Positions 14,101 through 26,162 of a DNA stretch of 64,000 nt are shown here, in pieces. This DNA is from Marsupella aquatica (lineage: Eukaryota; Plantae; Marchantiophyta). Every line of letters starts with the position of its first letter. The stretch's first letter is position 1. The notes beneath the pieces were generated by a model. The model made no database searches, was not told the DNA's origin, and was given only the letters and a program-made list of their open reading frames with translations. The position numbers and the translations under genes are program-made. Where the stretch lies: positions 1,798,001-1,862,000 of the forward strand of contig OZ316896.1 of the NCBI GenBank assembly GCA_973895155.1. The letters are read 5' to 3'.

Positions 14101-14423
14101 ATGAAACCTGAGTTTGATACCCTAAAGCACGGGAAAATTGATGTTTATGTTGTATTTTTGAGAAGAGTAATTCAAAATCAGGTAAGAGCTCTTACTCTTG
14201 CCTTGGATTAGGTGTTCTTTGTTTCAATGTTAGTCTATCATTGCAAACCTTGTGTTGATTGCTTGGAAGTTATGATAATGAAGATATATGAATGATTTGT
14301 TATTGGGAAGGGTCCTTGGCTGTTGTAGGGTGTTTGACCAGTCAAAAGGGTGACATAGGAAGGTTATAGGAAGAGGATTCAGCCCGTGAGTTGTTAGATC
14401 TTCCATAACTCGTATAGCTATCA
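11107..14423. mobile_element. Degenerate G/T-skewed TE-derived block, possibly a large solo LTR
   Basis: Sharp compositional change, no recognisable ORF, TG...CA ends (TGTCAAAC...GCTATCA) and AGAG on both flanks. Weak support. Confidence 0.3.
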
Positions 14424-14564
14424 AGAGACTAGACAGGAGCTACAATGGCAAATGATGAGAAACCTACTAGTGAGTCAATTAATATAAGGAGTTTTGAGAT
14501 CAATACAATGAGTCATCAAGCGAATCACTCATGAAAACTTGATGTTGAGCCCTGCGGCAGGCCA

Positions 14565-15588
14565 ATATCTATCTTTTTTATCGAATTATTGTCCTCTCAA
14601 AAAGTTTTCAAATCCAAAATTCACAAAAATCCAATTCAAATGTTGAAGCTCAAAACTTTGATCATATTCAAAATCTATCTAGTTGTATCGCCAACGATCC
14701 AAAACTCGAGCTCGTTGGCTCACGATTGGTAACACCTCAATTTCTTATTCAAAACTTCGTAAAATGATCGACTCCCTAGACTGAGCCAAAACCCAGGCCT
14801 TAAATATACCTCAGAAACAACATCATTGCCCGACAAGCCATCGCCAGACGGGTTTAGAATTCAAGAGTTGGACTCTTGGTTGCCCAAAGATAAATCATTA
14901 GCCCTTCACATTCTTTCCATCAAATTGGTTATTTTTCTTTAAAATCTATTGGAGACAACGAGTCGTTCTGCCCTTATCTCTGTTCTCCGTTTCAGTTTCA
15001 ATCTCTTTCTTCCTTATAGTCTGCATCATCGTCATGACAATGCGGGAAATTTGATCAATCTCATTGTTATCATCCATCTCGCCTGATATCGCGTGGACTG
15101 AATGTAGGGGCTACCTCGGGCAAATAGGTTATTTCTAGCTGTGATCGAGACAAATAATGAACACAATTCAAGGCCCAAACTTAAACACTTTATTTTCTGA
15201 AAGCTTCGTGATCAATACAATAGCTCTATGGTGGGCCACTATCTATCTTTCATCGAATTATCGTCATCTCAAAAAGCTATTAAATTCAAAATCCACAAAA
15301 ATCCAATTCTTCAAGTGTTCAAGCTTAGAACTTCAATCATACTCAAAATCTATTAGATCGCATCGCCAACGGTCCAAAACTCAAGCTCGTTAGCTCTCGA
15401 TTGGGAACATCTCAATTTCTTATCCAAAACTCCGTAAAATGATTGATCCCCTGGACTGAGCCAAAACCCATGCCTTAATTATGCCTCAAAAATAATATCC
15501 CCACATGACAAGCCACCACTAGGTGAGTTCAAAACTCAAAACTCGGACTCTTGGTTGCTCGAAGATGAACCATTAGCCCTTCACATTC
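14565..15588. repeat. Two diverged ~350-bp direct repeats (about 14565-14915 and 15239-15588)
   Basis: Collinear shared blocks ATATCTATCTTT, CACAAAAATCCAATTC, GACTGAGCCAAAACCCA, GGACTCTTGGTTGC and CATTAGCCCTTCACATTC. Confidence 0.85.
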
Positions 15589-16449
15589 CATTTACTTCCA
15601 ACTTCCAACTCCTCAGCTTCTGCATGTGTGGAAAGTTTCTTGTTGCGGAAATATTATAACGAAGTATTAAACCTAAACTTTTCAAATATTTTGAAGCATT
15701 CTAAATGACAGAATAAAGTCACTTAAAGAAGATGAAAAAGTTAAGGACGTAAGAAAATCAGTTTAAGCCAACAAACTATTTTTCACTGAAGGATCCTTTT
15801 GAAATCGACAAATCATTTTCACATCTGAAAAATCACTCCGGCGTTTTAAGTTGAATTCTGATTCAGCATCTCTTAGACCATTTTCACTACTTTTTCCCTA
15901 AATTGAACTCATTAGATAGAATTTAGCTTAGCTAAAACTAGTTTAGCCATCATCATGAGTCTTAGCTTAGGAAAGTAGTTGAGACAACTCACCTCTTCAA
16001 ATCTTCAATTGATAGTTTGAAGGTAATTTAACAATCTTTTCAAATGTCTTTGATTTGTGAGGGAGCATTACATTTGAATTCCCATGCAAAATTGCTTTGT
16101 CATTTTCTCTGGAAATAATTTGTGACTACTTTGGGTCTTTTCTTCATGCCAGGTTGAACTTAGAAGGAAGAATCGTAGAAATAAGAAAATGCACCACCAA
16201 AATTTCACTATTATTCATTTTTTTCTCGTGCTCTTACAAACTTTGGAATGAATGAATGCATTTTAAGGAAATATTTCTTCGGTTTTGTATGGAAAAATAT
16301 GAATAAATTTTTGAAATCTAAAGTTTAGAGAACTGTAATGAAATCCCTAATGTAAAACCGATCTCTGTTGAGTATAAAAAATTTAGGAATGAAGCTAAAA
16401 TCAAACTTTTATTAAGAAAAAACGATAATCTAAGAGTTTCTATGTTAAA

Positions 16450-19400
16450 ATGATTGACATGGTCAGTATCACCAGGGTTTTTAGAACGTGGACACCAATC
16501 CAAATGGGTATAGAAGTATTCCTGAGGGTGGCGGAGTATTGCATCAGAGTTCTTTTCCCAATAATTGTCCTCTCCCGAATAAGGGTCTTCACCATCCTTA
16601 AAGACCCTAAGTCCTCCTCAAAACGGATACCCAGATACACATATGACTTTACTCATTCCAAAGTTTGTCCTTGTAGCGTGAAGGGCTCATGTTCACCGCT
16701 GTAATTGAATACCATGACCCCCGACTTGGCGGGTCCGAATTCAAGTTCCCATAGTTTGGCCCAAGCGTCGGTTTGGGCGAGGGCCCGACGGAGGTTACTT
16801 TCAGTTGCTGCAATCCGCGCAATGTCATCTACGAACAGGAGGGCGAGGAGCCTTTGCAGGTCCAGTCCTGGAACCCCGATGCCCAGGTCCCCCCCTTCAA
16901 CAATGAAGTCATTGATGAAGATGTTGAATAGAAGAGGGGACAATGGGCATCCTTGCCTCACCCCGCGTCTGACTTGGATGTTATCCGTGAGGTGAGGGCC
17001 GACTATTCCAACAATCACCGCCGATTGATAGAGGGACTGGATAAAGAGTAGACACTTGCCATGTATCCCTGCACGCCGAAGTTTGAAGAATAAAGCCGAA
17101 TGGGCCACTAAGTCATAAGCCTTGCGAAGGTCGAGGAACGCAACCCACGTCTGAAGTCCCTGTTCAGATCGTCTAAGGATACACTCCCGGAGTGCAATGA
17201 CTTGAGCCATCGTTTCCTGGCCTTTCCGGAACCCAGGCTATGATTTGATAAAGAATCCTAACTCCTCTAATTTCCGTGACAAGCGCTCACTAACAATCCC
17301 AACCGCCAACTTGAGGAGGACCTCGATGAGGGCAATCCCTTGGGTTTTCTCCGGGTCCCTAAGACCTTGACCCTAAGACCCTGACTGTCTTTGGGAATGA
17401 CACAAACCCAAGCAACGTTGTGGTCAAAGGGGACCCCATCCCTGAATATAGAGTTGAGGATGCGGAGAATTACCTATGTAAAAAAGGTCGGCGCAGGTGG
17501 GATAAACTTTGAGCAACTAAAACACAGATCTTTAAGGATGATCTTAAACCACTCAGCAGGGAATTCATCCGGGCCAGGATAACGTCCGCCTGCCATTCGG
17601 GCCAGGCCACACCCAAGTTCCTCTAGTGTGATGGGGCTGTTGATGTCCCACAACCTGGTCGCTGCGGGATGCTAGCTTCGCGTTATCGCCAAAGGTCCTC
17701 AATGTTCGGCGGCGGTATATAGGCGTACAGGGAGTCCAAATGCTTGTGCCAAACCGCAATGATGGGATCCGTCTCAACCTTGAGAACCCCATCAGCCCCG
17801 ATGACAGGGCTGATCTGCGAGGCGGAGTAGTTATGTCCGTTCCCCGAGATCGCGCGAATCCATCTCCAGAATCCCCCAAAGTCACACTCCTGGATCAAAG
17901 AGATGCCAACCTCAAGGTGGTCATTGAAGCTTTTGTTCCTTAAAGTCCGGACCCGATTGGTACATCGGGTCCAAATCTGGAGATATTGGGTGTATGCCAA
18001 GGTACGCTGAGCTCCCATGGGGAGCCCAGAATAACGGATGAAAAGGGAATGGTGCCTCCTTAATAGTCGTCGGAGCAAGAGGTCCAAAGCCCTAATCCTC
18101 AATGGCCGCACCGGCCGGATGAGGCGAGTTGACTTAGCCACCGTATTCATGATTTCAAACACCTTGCCCGTCAAAGGTGTGTTCTCTTGGAGCAGCCGTT
18201 CTCATCTTCTATCTCGCATTAAGCGCTCAGTATCTATGAAATGCAGGCCCCTTTTGTCGAACCGGTTTCTGGACGGTACCACGTCCTGGTCAAGGGTCGT
18301 CAGCTCCTTGACCTTAATCACAATCGGATAGTGATCAGCGATATCAATTGTATGGTCAACAGTGGGGGCCAAGAGGAAACCCTTAGCCAATCGGTTGGCA
18401 ACGCAATGGTCCAAGGAGTATGACACCGGGGCAATGTCGCTCGTATCCTGAGGATTCATCCTGCTATGGTATGAGCGCGCGACTGGGTGTGAGCCAGTGG
18501 AGAGAAGGGGCCAGATTGGAAACTAGATCAGCCATGTTCTCCGGATGACAGTTGAAGTTTCCCAAAATGATAAAGGATCGTAGTGGATACCGCCCGATAA
18601 GCGATTGGCAAGCCGCCCCCAACCTTGCAAGCATGTTTGTTCGTGCATCCGCCTCGACTCGGATGCACGGAACGTACACTGTAGCTATGAGCCAGGTACG
18701 TTGAAGCAACCCCAAAAACGTAATTACCGCAATAATGAAGTTGGGATCCAAAAAGTGGATCGCAGAGCGAAGTCCCTTCCTGATCGCCATGGCAACTCCC
18801 CTCTCGCCGGGGCGGTCAGTTTTGGGCAAAACAGTGACTTCAAATATTCCAAGACATGGAGGGCGTGACGATGGGAGTAGTGTTTCCTGGAGCCCAAACA
18901 CACTCCACTCATCCTCCAAGGCTTGGTGCCTAACTTGTTCTGATTTGGGCCGGAGGCCATTGACATTGAGAGACGCGAATCAAATTTGGACGAGTGGGGC
19001 CAGGGACTTCGCCCTGGGAACGGTCGAGCTGGTCGCTAAGAGTTTGCAAGGGGGCGGGGGCCGCCTCCCCCTACAGTCCACTAGGAATACTTGGGTAAAT
19101 AACTGCTTAAGATGAGGGGCCAAGGTAACAAGAGCATTGGTGCGAGCCGCCATGATAAAGAAGTTCTTCCCCCGACGAAACCGTCTTTTCAACACAAGAA
19201 TGTGCGGAAGAAGGTTCGCCAGGAGCTTTGCTTCGAGGAACTTCCAAATGACTGGCTCACTCCATGATGCGCACGGGTCAATAATTTTGAGTATAGATAC
19301 CCCGCCTGCCCTTTTTGCTTGGGCCAAAGTGGGTCGCTTCATCGTTTCTCACACACAGAAGGAGTCCGGGTAAATGTTGGAGCCTGCTGATTCGGAACAC

Positions 19401-19721
19401 CCCTATTTCGCACGGGTCAAAACTAGGTTTTCTTGTTTATGGTACCTGCACAGACAAGCATTGTGACATGTTCAGTTAGCAGCATGTTCAGGTGGACCTA
19501 ACCAAATTTCTACGGGCCTACTCCTACCTACCATCCTATCTGAAAAAGGGGAGGCATCCATGAGTAAGGGACCAAGTGACCCAAGGCTTAATGCAGATGA
19601 TGCAGAGCCATCTTTCCACTCTCAGTGTTGGGGCAGTTCTCCATCCCCGCATTCAGCCTTGGGCTGGTGGCTATTAGTCTAAGTCCAGCTCCCACCATGA
19701 GGGGGTTGCCACCTGAGGAGC

Positions 19722-19722
<1 letters not shown>
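16450..19722 (-). mobile_element. Single-ORF non-LTR retrotransposon (APE endonuclease + RT, RTE/RTEX-like layout), decayed and 3'-truncated
   Basis: ORF from ATG 19342 continues in frame past one TGA into APE motifs FASLNVNGL, GLQET, GERGVAMAI, TVYVP and ILGNFN, then SLDHC and ADHYP after a frameshift. RT motifs: GFRKG, FLDLRKAYD, GVRQGCPLSPLLFNIFIND, LFVDD and YLG (16440-17250). Confidence 0.92.
19666..19722 (-). ncRNA. HDV-like self-cleaving ribozyme at the 5' end of the LINE
   Basis: Minus strand reads GGCUCCU CA GGUGGCA ACC CCCUCAU GGU GGGAGCU GG ACUUAGA CUAA UAGCCACC. This gives P1 (7 bp, G1.U wobble), P2 GGUGGC/GCCACC, P3 ACC/GGU, a 7-nt L3, P1.1 GG/CC and J4/2 CUAA with the catalytic C. 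Confidence 0.82.
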
Positions 19723-19779
<57 letters not shown>

Positions 19780-19812
19780 TCGTTTACCCGTGCTTGGTTG
19801 AATTTTTTCACT

Positions 19813-19846
<34 letters not shown>

Positions 19847-20056
19847 CGTCAACATCCGCAGGGACCATCGCAATGCTTTGTTTTAATTAAACAGTCGGAT
19901 TCCCCTTGTCCGTACCAGTTCTGAGTTGGTTGTTCACTGCCTAGGGAGAGCCTCCCCGTGAAGGGGAGATGTTCTACGCCCGTCGCCCGGTCGGCACGCG
20001 GCGGTCCGCCCTCGCCGCGCGAGCAGCTCGGGCAGACCACTGACAGCCTACAGGGT
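19723..20056 (-). rRNA. Orphan 26S/28S rRNA gene fragment (~335 bp), including the R2 target sequence
   Basis: Reverse complement gives CAGAACTGGTACGGACAAGGGGAATCCGACTGTTTAATTAAAACAAAGCATTGCGATGG...GGGAGTAACTATGACTCTCTTAAGGTAGCCAAATGCCTCGTCATCTAATTAGTGAC, the conserved eukaryotic LSU sequence with a few substitutions. Confidence 0.96.
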
Positions 20057-20639
20057 CAAGCCGCAAAAAGCTTTCCAAATCCGTCAAGAAGTTTTGAATC
20101 TAACATGCATAAAAAATTTATGATCCAAATCAAGTCACAAAAATATCCAACTTCTCAAACGCACAATTTTTTTATATAAATTTTATTGATTCCTAATCAT
20201 TTATTAAAAAAATATTAATTTAGAAGTCACTTAGGAAGATCTAGACTCTTCCATAGTCAGGGCGTGATTTATTTATTGTTGACCAAAAGTTATTATTGAT
20301 TATTCCAAAGTTTGTCACATAAATTTGATGATTGATCTAAATTTTTTTACAATGATATTATGAGTAACAAGTTCAATCTTAGTACCTTGCTCAAAAGATG
20401 ACTCAAAAAAAGTTCAAAGGTCCATAGAAGTTACTAAAAGAGTTCAATGAAAAATGTTTTAGTTACCAAGACAAGACGCGGAATCATTGAATTATAACAT
20501 TCAACTCTCTTGACAACAACCAATAAGATATTTGAACAAAATTGAAAAATGCGATCGATTTTAGGTCTTAGTTTTCTGAATCAGAAACCAAAATTTTTGA
20601 CGATTTTTTTTATTTTTTGATATTTTAGATTTTGGTTTG

Positions 20640-21180
20640 TTCGTACGATCGTACTGGCGTACCGGCGTATCGCCTTGTACCGCCTAGTACCACATCGTAT
20701 CTGCGTACCATCATGTACTAGGAGTACTTAAATATTCGACGGTTTTTCGGATAGGATTTTAAATTTGACAGGTTTTTATTTTTGACGTGTTTCAGATTTT
20801 GACTTGTTAGTACAACCATATCGTGACGTACTTGCGTACCTGCATACTTGCGTACCTACGTACCGCCTCGTACTTGTGTAAAATCAAGTACCGAATTGTA
20901 CCTCTTGTGCATTTGGAAAAACATTCGTATCAAATGCTAGTTTTACCATCATTCTATACCTTGACGTTTCATTTGTACATTGTACACTCTGTATCTTTTC
21001 TAGCACCTCTTGCACACCATGTACTTCCATAGCTTGGTGTCCTTGCTAGTATATCTTTCATATTGTCCTTGCTAGTACATCTTTCATACTGTCTTTGCTA
21101 GTACATCTTTCACACCTTTTACCTGTCTAGCTTTGTGTTCTTGTTAGTACATGATTCACATCCCGTACCTGTCCATCAGT
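20640..21180. repeat. GTAC/CGTAC-rich low-complexity repeat region
   Basis: Dense GTAC motifs, plus a ~28-bp unit TGTCCTTGCTAGTACATCTTTCA repeated three times at about 21037-21112. Confidence 0.7.
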
Positions 21181-21207
21181 ATTTGGATATTCATTTGGTG
21201 CCTTACT

Positions 21208-24080
21208 CTATTTGGATATCATTGTACTTAGACTTGGTGCCTTCAACATTTCTTGGGGGTTTGCATAATCATGGAATATTATGAATTTCCATGATTTTAT
21301 ATTCTGTTGTCTCAAGCGTCGTTCCTCTTTTTCCCCCGGCGTTTCACCCGCAACTACCCACCAATTGTGATATTCTTCGTAAGTGTTAGGACCCCATTCA
21401 TCCTCAAGCTTGATTTTGTCATCCACGGTATCAGGACTGGGTTGGTATACCATGAGGTACGCCCGAATTGGCGCTGGTGGTCCTTTGCATCTAATTATGG
21501 GGTCTTCCCCTTTCAAGAACTCGGCGCTTATTAACAAATTGTACATTTGCGTGACGGCTGGCCCTGCCTGGCTAAACAGCTTCGACATAATCATCCCTTT
21601 ACACTTTATCTTGCCATTAAGATCCATGTCGACTTTGCTTGCTCATCTTACCACTACCTCAATTAAAGAACATGCAAAATAGTACCATCGGAAGTAGCGG
21701 GGGTTTGCAAGCGAACGCCCAAAAGGATATTGATTTATAAGGGTATTTATCCACCGCTTGAGTTGAGCCAAAAGACTTAATGGGGGGTTGGTCTTGTGCT
21801 GGTAGTCTCATCCTATCCTGGGGATCATGCTGCCATATTGAATGATATACAGCTATAGAGTTAATCTTGATGTGTAGACCAAACCCGTCGTCGTCTACAA
21901 GCTCGCGGAAGAATTGGTGTGGTGTCCAGAAGATTGCAGGTCCAAAAGATTGCAAGACCATATCCGGTCGCAGTCGTCCAGACGAATGGCCCTCTTGTTA
22001 ATCCCCGCTGCGGCCAAAATTACACGAAGAGTTTCCAACCCCTTAGCTTCATCAACTTCAATAGCATTTCGGGATGCTATCTTCTGTCCCGTGAATAGTT
22101 TCCACGAGTTCACGCTCACCTTCTTGAGCTGTTTCAGTCTCCTCTTGTGCACCGGATCTGCTAGTGCATCCTTCAATAACCTAGCTGCCGTGGCAGCCTC
22201 ATTTCGCAGGCCTTGCACTTCTAGGTCCCAGGCCTCGTAAGTGTCCATCGGAATCCGTATCACCTTATTACACTGCTGGATGAGCTCCTTACTTGCTACT
22301 TCCTGTAGCCATTTCTTCCTCTCCTTCTCTCTTCTTTCTCCTTCTTCTTCTAACGCAACAACGTATGCCTGCTTCTCTTCTAATTGTCCTTGTAGCTCAT
22401 GATTGGCTCTCCTTTCTTCTTGGAGCTTCTCTTCACACTCCAAAGCCCCTAGTCTGGCTACAAGCTCTTCCGCCCTTTTCCCATGCGTCGCTAGCTGGTC
22501 GAACAGTTGAAGTGCCAATTGTTCTTCTTCTACTCTCTACTTCAATTCTTTAATTACTTTTTGCAGCTCATCGGCCTTCTGCTGGGATACAAAACCGCAC
22601 TTTGCATGTTGGGTGGTGACCTCCTTTAACTCCTCTTCGGCGGTGGATAGGAGGTGGTTCCATTCTTCCTCCTTGTCAGCCAGCAGCCCCTACAACTTCT
22701 TTCTTTCCTTCTAAGCTTTTCCTAACTCGACCTTTAGGGCCTGTGCCCCAACCTTCTCTGTCCGGACCGCCTCCCGGACCTGCTATAGGGTTGTGATTGC
22801 TTCCTCATTTTTCTCCCTCGTCTTGTCTAGCAATCCCTCTGAGTCCTCTAGCTGTTTCAATATGAGCTTGTTAGATTCAGATTGCTTGTGTAGTTTTAAT
22901 AGGAGTCGCTCAACCTTCTCTTTTGCTATCTTCAGCTTCTCCATGTCCCGAGTTTTGCCCTCAGATTCCATGACTGTCATCCTCGCCATTGCCTTAGTCT
23001 CCTTCAAATCCCTCAACTAGTAACGTAGATCCTTGGTGTTGGGGATTGGCTTCCCTATGAACGCCAGATGTTAGGCGGAAGTTCTCAACTCTGCCAGATT
23101 GGTGGTATCCAGAAGTTCGAACAGCGTGGGTTGTTGGAAGGTGGCATACCTCCCTTCTTCTTCTTCTTCTTCATCTTCATCTTCCTCTGGGAGGGTTACT
23201 GTCCTCCGTTTCCTCTTGAGGCTCTTGCGACTTTGCTCGGCCTACTCACTCAGGTTTTGTAAGGCCTCTGCCCCTCCTTCGCTCTCTGCATCCAAATTTT
23301 GAGGTGTTTCCCCCTCTTCTTTCTCTTCGTCATTCTCGAAATTTTCTTCATTGTATTATGGTGGATCCACATTAACGTTAGCTGTGGATCCCAACTCCGC
23401 CCTTACTAGTACTATCCTTTGGGCTTCTTCTTGATCTTCTGACTCCGACTCTCCTGAGTCCAAATTGTTTGGCAGAGCTCCACTGACTATCTCCTGGATC
23501 TCAAAAACATTGTGTACTATAACTCCTAATTGATACGTTAATAGTGACAGGAACTTCAGACAACCTTTCGCATCGATCATAGTGGATACACTTGCCTTCC
23601 ATATTTGAAGCGGATGGAGGGATCCCACGAATAGGGCCCTCACGATGACAATCCTTGATAGTGTGGCATGATGGTATCCGCTCTTAACCATCACCCACTT
23701 GGTGCAAAAATCGATGAAGTTGCGATACTCCTTCTGCTAGATGGCGCCATACTGTATATTTCTTCGATTTATCCGGACTCCGTCTGTTGCAAGAAGTTTG
23801 CTATGCCTGCTTCCTCGAGGGGGTCTACTTGGTACGTGATAGGCAGTCCTCCCACCCTGGGAAGATCAAACATTGCGTACAGCTTTGGGTTGGAGAAAAT
23901 ATACGTCTGTCCTCGGTACGTAATAAACATCCCCTCGGGTGACATTGTTACATTAGTGATTCGTGAGCAAATTTTTCCTGCTTGAGATGTTGATAGATAG
24001 CGATCCATTCGGACCAAGCCGTAAATCCTGGCTCTGTCAAGTACCGGTCGGCTCTCCTCGATACGTTGGATCTCCGTAAT
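21208..24080 (-). pseudogene. Decayed retrotransposon accessory ORF (plant transposon protein-like N-terminus, acidic linker, long coiled coil)
   Basis: Successive ORF pieces are broken by stops and frameshifts. ITYRGQTYIFSNPKLYAMFDLP resembles TRIYGKDFYLTPKVIAEVFGLP in ORF 39741-41363. E/K/L/Q coiled coil at 21895-23016. Confidence 0.55.
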
Positions 24081-25605
24081 GGAGTTGTGGAAAGGGAGAG
24101 CAGCCTTTGGAACCACAAGTAAGTCTATTAACACTACAGAATAACTAGGTGAAACTTTTCTCCCATGGAAAGTTGTGGAACCTGCTTGCACCTTGCCAAA
24201 TCCTACACATGTCCCACTATCATCAATAGCCAATAACTTAGAATGCCCCTCTGCATTTGGTGCCTTCATTGTTTCCACCTTAGATTTCTCCTTCACCACT
24301 GACCTTGGAGGTTTGTAGGTTGCCCTTGTTGTGGCTCTGCTTCCAATAGACTTGCTTCTGGTGCGCATGCTCCTCTTTTTTAAATTCACAATAGTCAAGT
24401 CTATCTCCAGGGGCACTTCACATGGGATGGCCACAGAAGTAGACTCCTTCCTAGGGATGGCCATAGGAACAGACATCTCTGTTGGCATGGGCACACTAGC
24501 AGACCCACCTGTTGTTGTCAATTCAGGTAATTTTGGAATGGGACCAAGATCAGGGTCCACATTCCATAAACATTCTTCCATATAGCATGTATCTGGCTCA
24601 GCATTATCATTGTCAGGGAAAGTATATTGTTCCTCTACCCCAACATTTGAATTGATATCACCTTCAACAATGTCAACATTGAGCAAAGATGGTTCATCAT
24701 TGCCCTCTGCCAAATCCCGGTTGTCAACAGGCTGCAACTTGGTTGCCTCTAAGTTGCATCGACTCTTCTTCAAGTGAGCAAATTTGCTTTACTCAACATC
24801 TGCTTCTCTCTCTATTGGACACCACAACAATATATGTCACACTAAAATATCAAATACTATAAACATCAAGTTATCATAACCATTCTAATTCATCATAACC
24901 TAGATTTCTAGCATCATATCCAACAAATATATATAAAGTCTTACTTTGAAGTGTAGATACCACTGGAATGCCAGAAGAGTGCATAGACTTTGCCACCTCA
25001 AGCGGTGATGGTGGAACTCCTCCAGAGTTGCTTTCAATCTTACTTCTCACCGACACTATGGCTTCCATTAATGATGCAAATTTACCATGGAACAACTCAG
25101 TCAGCTGATTCAATCGATCATTCACCTCTGGCAGACATGTCTCCACAAAATTCAAACGCTCATTGATTTGTGTCAATGAAAATCCACCTCCCTACATAAT
25201 AACAGAAAAACAATGAGTCACTCACAATCCACAGTTGGGTAAGGTACAATTCCATGTATGTCTGGCCTATACTTTTTCCTTGAAGGTCATTCAACTTGGA
25301 ACCCTAAAATATGTACTTATAGCCTTTGACGACTCATATGCCACACACTTGTTATTCAATATCTCAGCCCTCAACTCTTCTTTTGAAGGGCTTTGCCCCA
25401 ACTGGGCTTTCTGCACATCAAGAACTCTCAACATCAGATCCCTTGCAAATTTAGAATTACTTCAACAACAAACTCAATAGTACTTATAATCATCAGTAAA
25501 TGAATATACAATCATTCCCGGTTCTTACCAAGCATTTTGCTGTGGGGGCTATGTCGGTTCTTCCTGTCAGGTTAGGGTTCTGAACACTCAATCGTGCATC
25601 AGTCA

Positions 25606-25972
25606 TGTTGAGCATAGACGACGATCGCAACGGCAAGCTCATGAACCATCCAACGCATAGTAGTCAACACAAGAGATACGTGGTTCACGTCCTTGAGGCT
25701 ACGTCCATGAGAACACACAAGAGAGCTTTACTGAACTCTAAACCCGTCGGCTATACCGAGTTTCCACAGTGTAAGCTCTCCCTATCTCTCAAGTGGCTCC
25801 ATAACAATGAGCCTTGGTTCTACCTCTCCAAACACACGTGCCTCTTATGATATAGAGTGCAACTTAGTTGTACCTAATCACATAGTTGTACCTAACCACG
25901 TAGTTGTACCAACCCACGTTGTTGTACCAACCACGTCATACCTAACCTAGACGTAAGAGTAAATACCCAACA
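25606..25972 (-). repeat. 3' LTR of the copia element
   Basis: Direct repeat of 31873-32239 with about 10 substitutions counted by eye. Polypurine tract AAGGGGAAGA lies at 25974-25983 (-). Confidence 0.97.
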
Positions 25973-26162
25973 ATCTTCCCCTTGACTTTGGTCTAGGGGA
26001 GAGTAATACTGCCAATGTATATGATCCCTCAGCGGGAAATTCTGAACAAAAACCAAACTGGTTTCCCTCTCTAACTAGAGCAAACCAGAACTAAGCCGTA
26101 GCCTAATACATAGGAATGAGGAAGAGCATATATCAGTAATTACAATGAATGTTAAGAAAACT

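Noticed and set aside
19673-19755. Alternative ribozyme fold pairing rDNA GGUAGCCA and AUUAGU with element sequence
   Set aside because: It gives no valid P3 or P1.1, whereas the fold contained in 19666-19722 satisfies the core HDV elements.
19723-20056. Functional rRNA gene
   Set aside because: Only ~335 bp, with substitutions at conserved positions and no remaining rDNA unit.
25605-25850. 81-aa ORF duplicated at 31872-32117
   Set aside because: Lies within the copia LTRs, so the duplication only reflects LTR identity.
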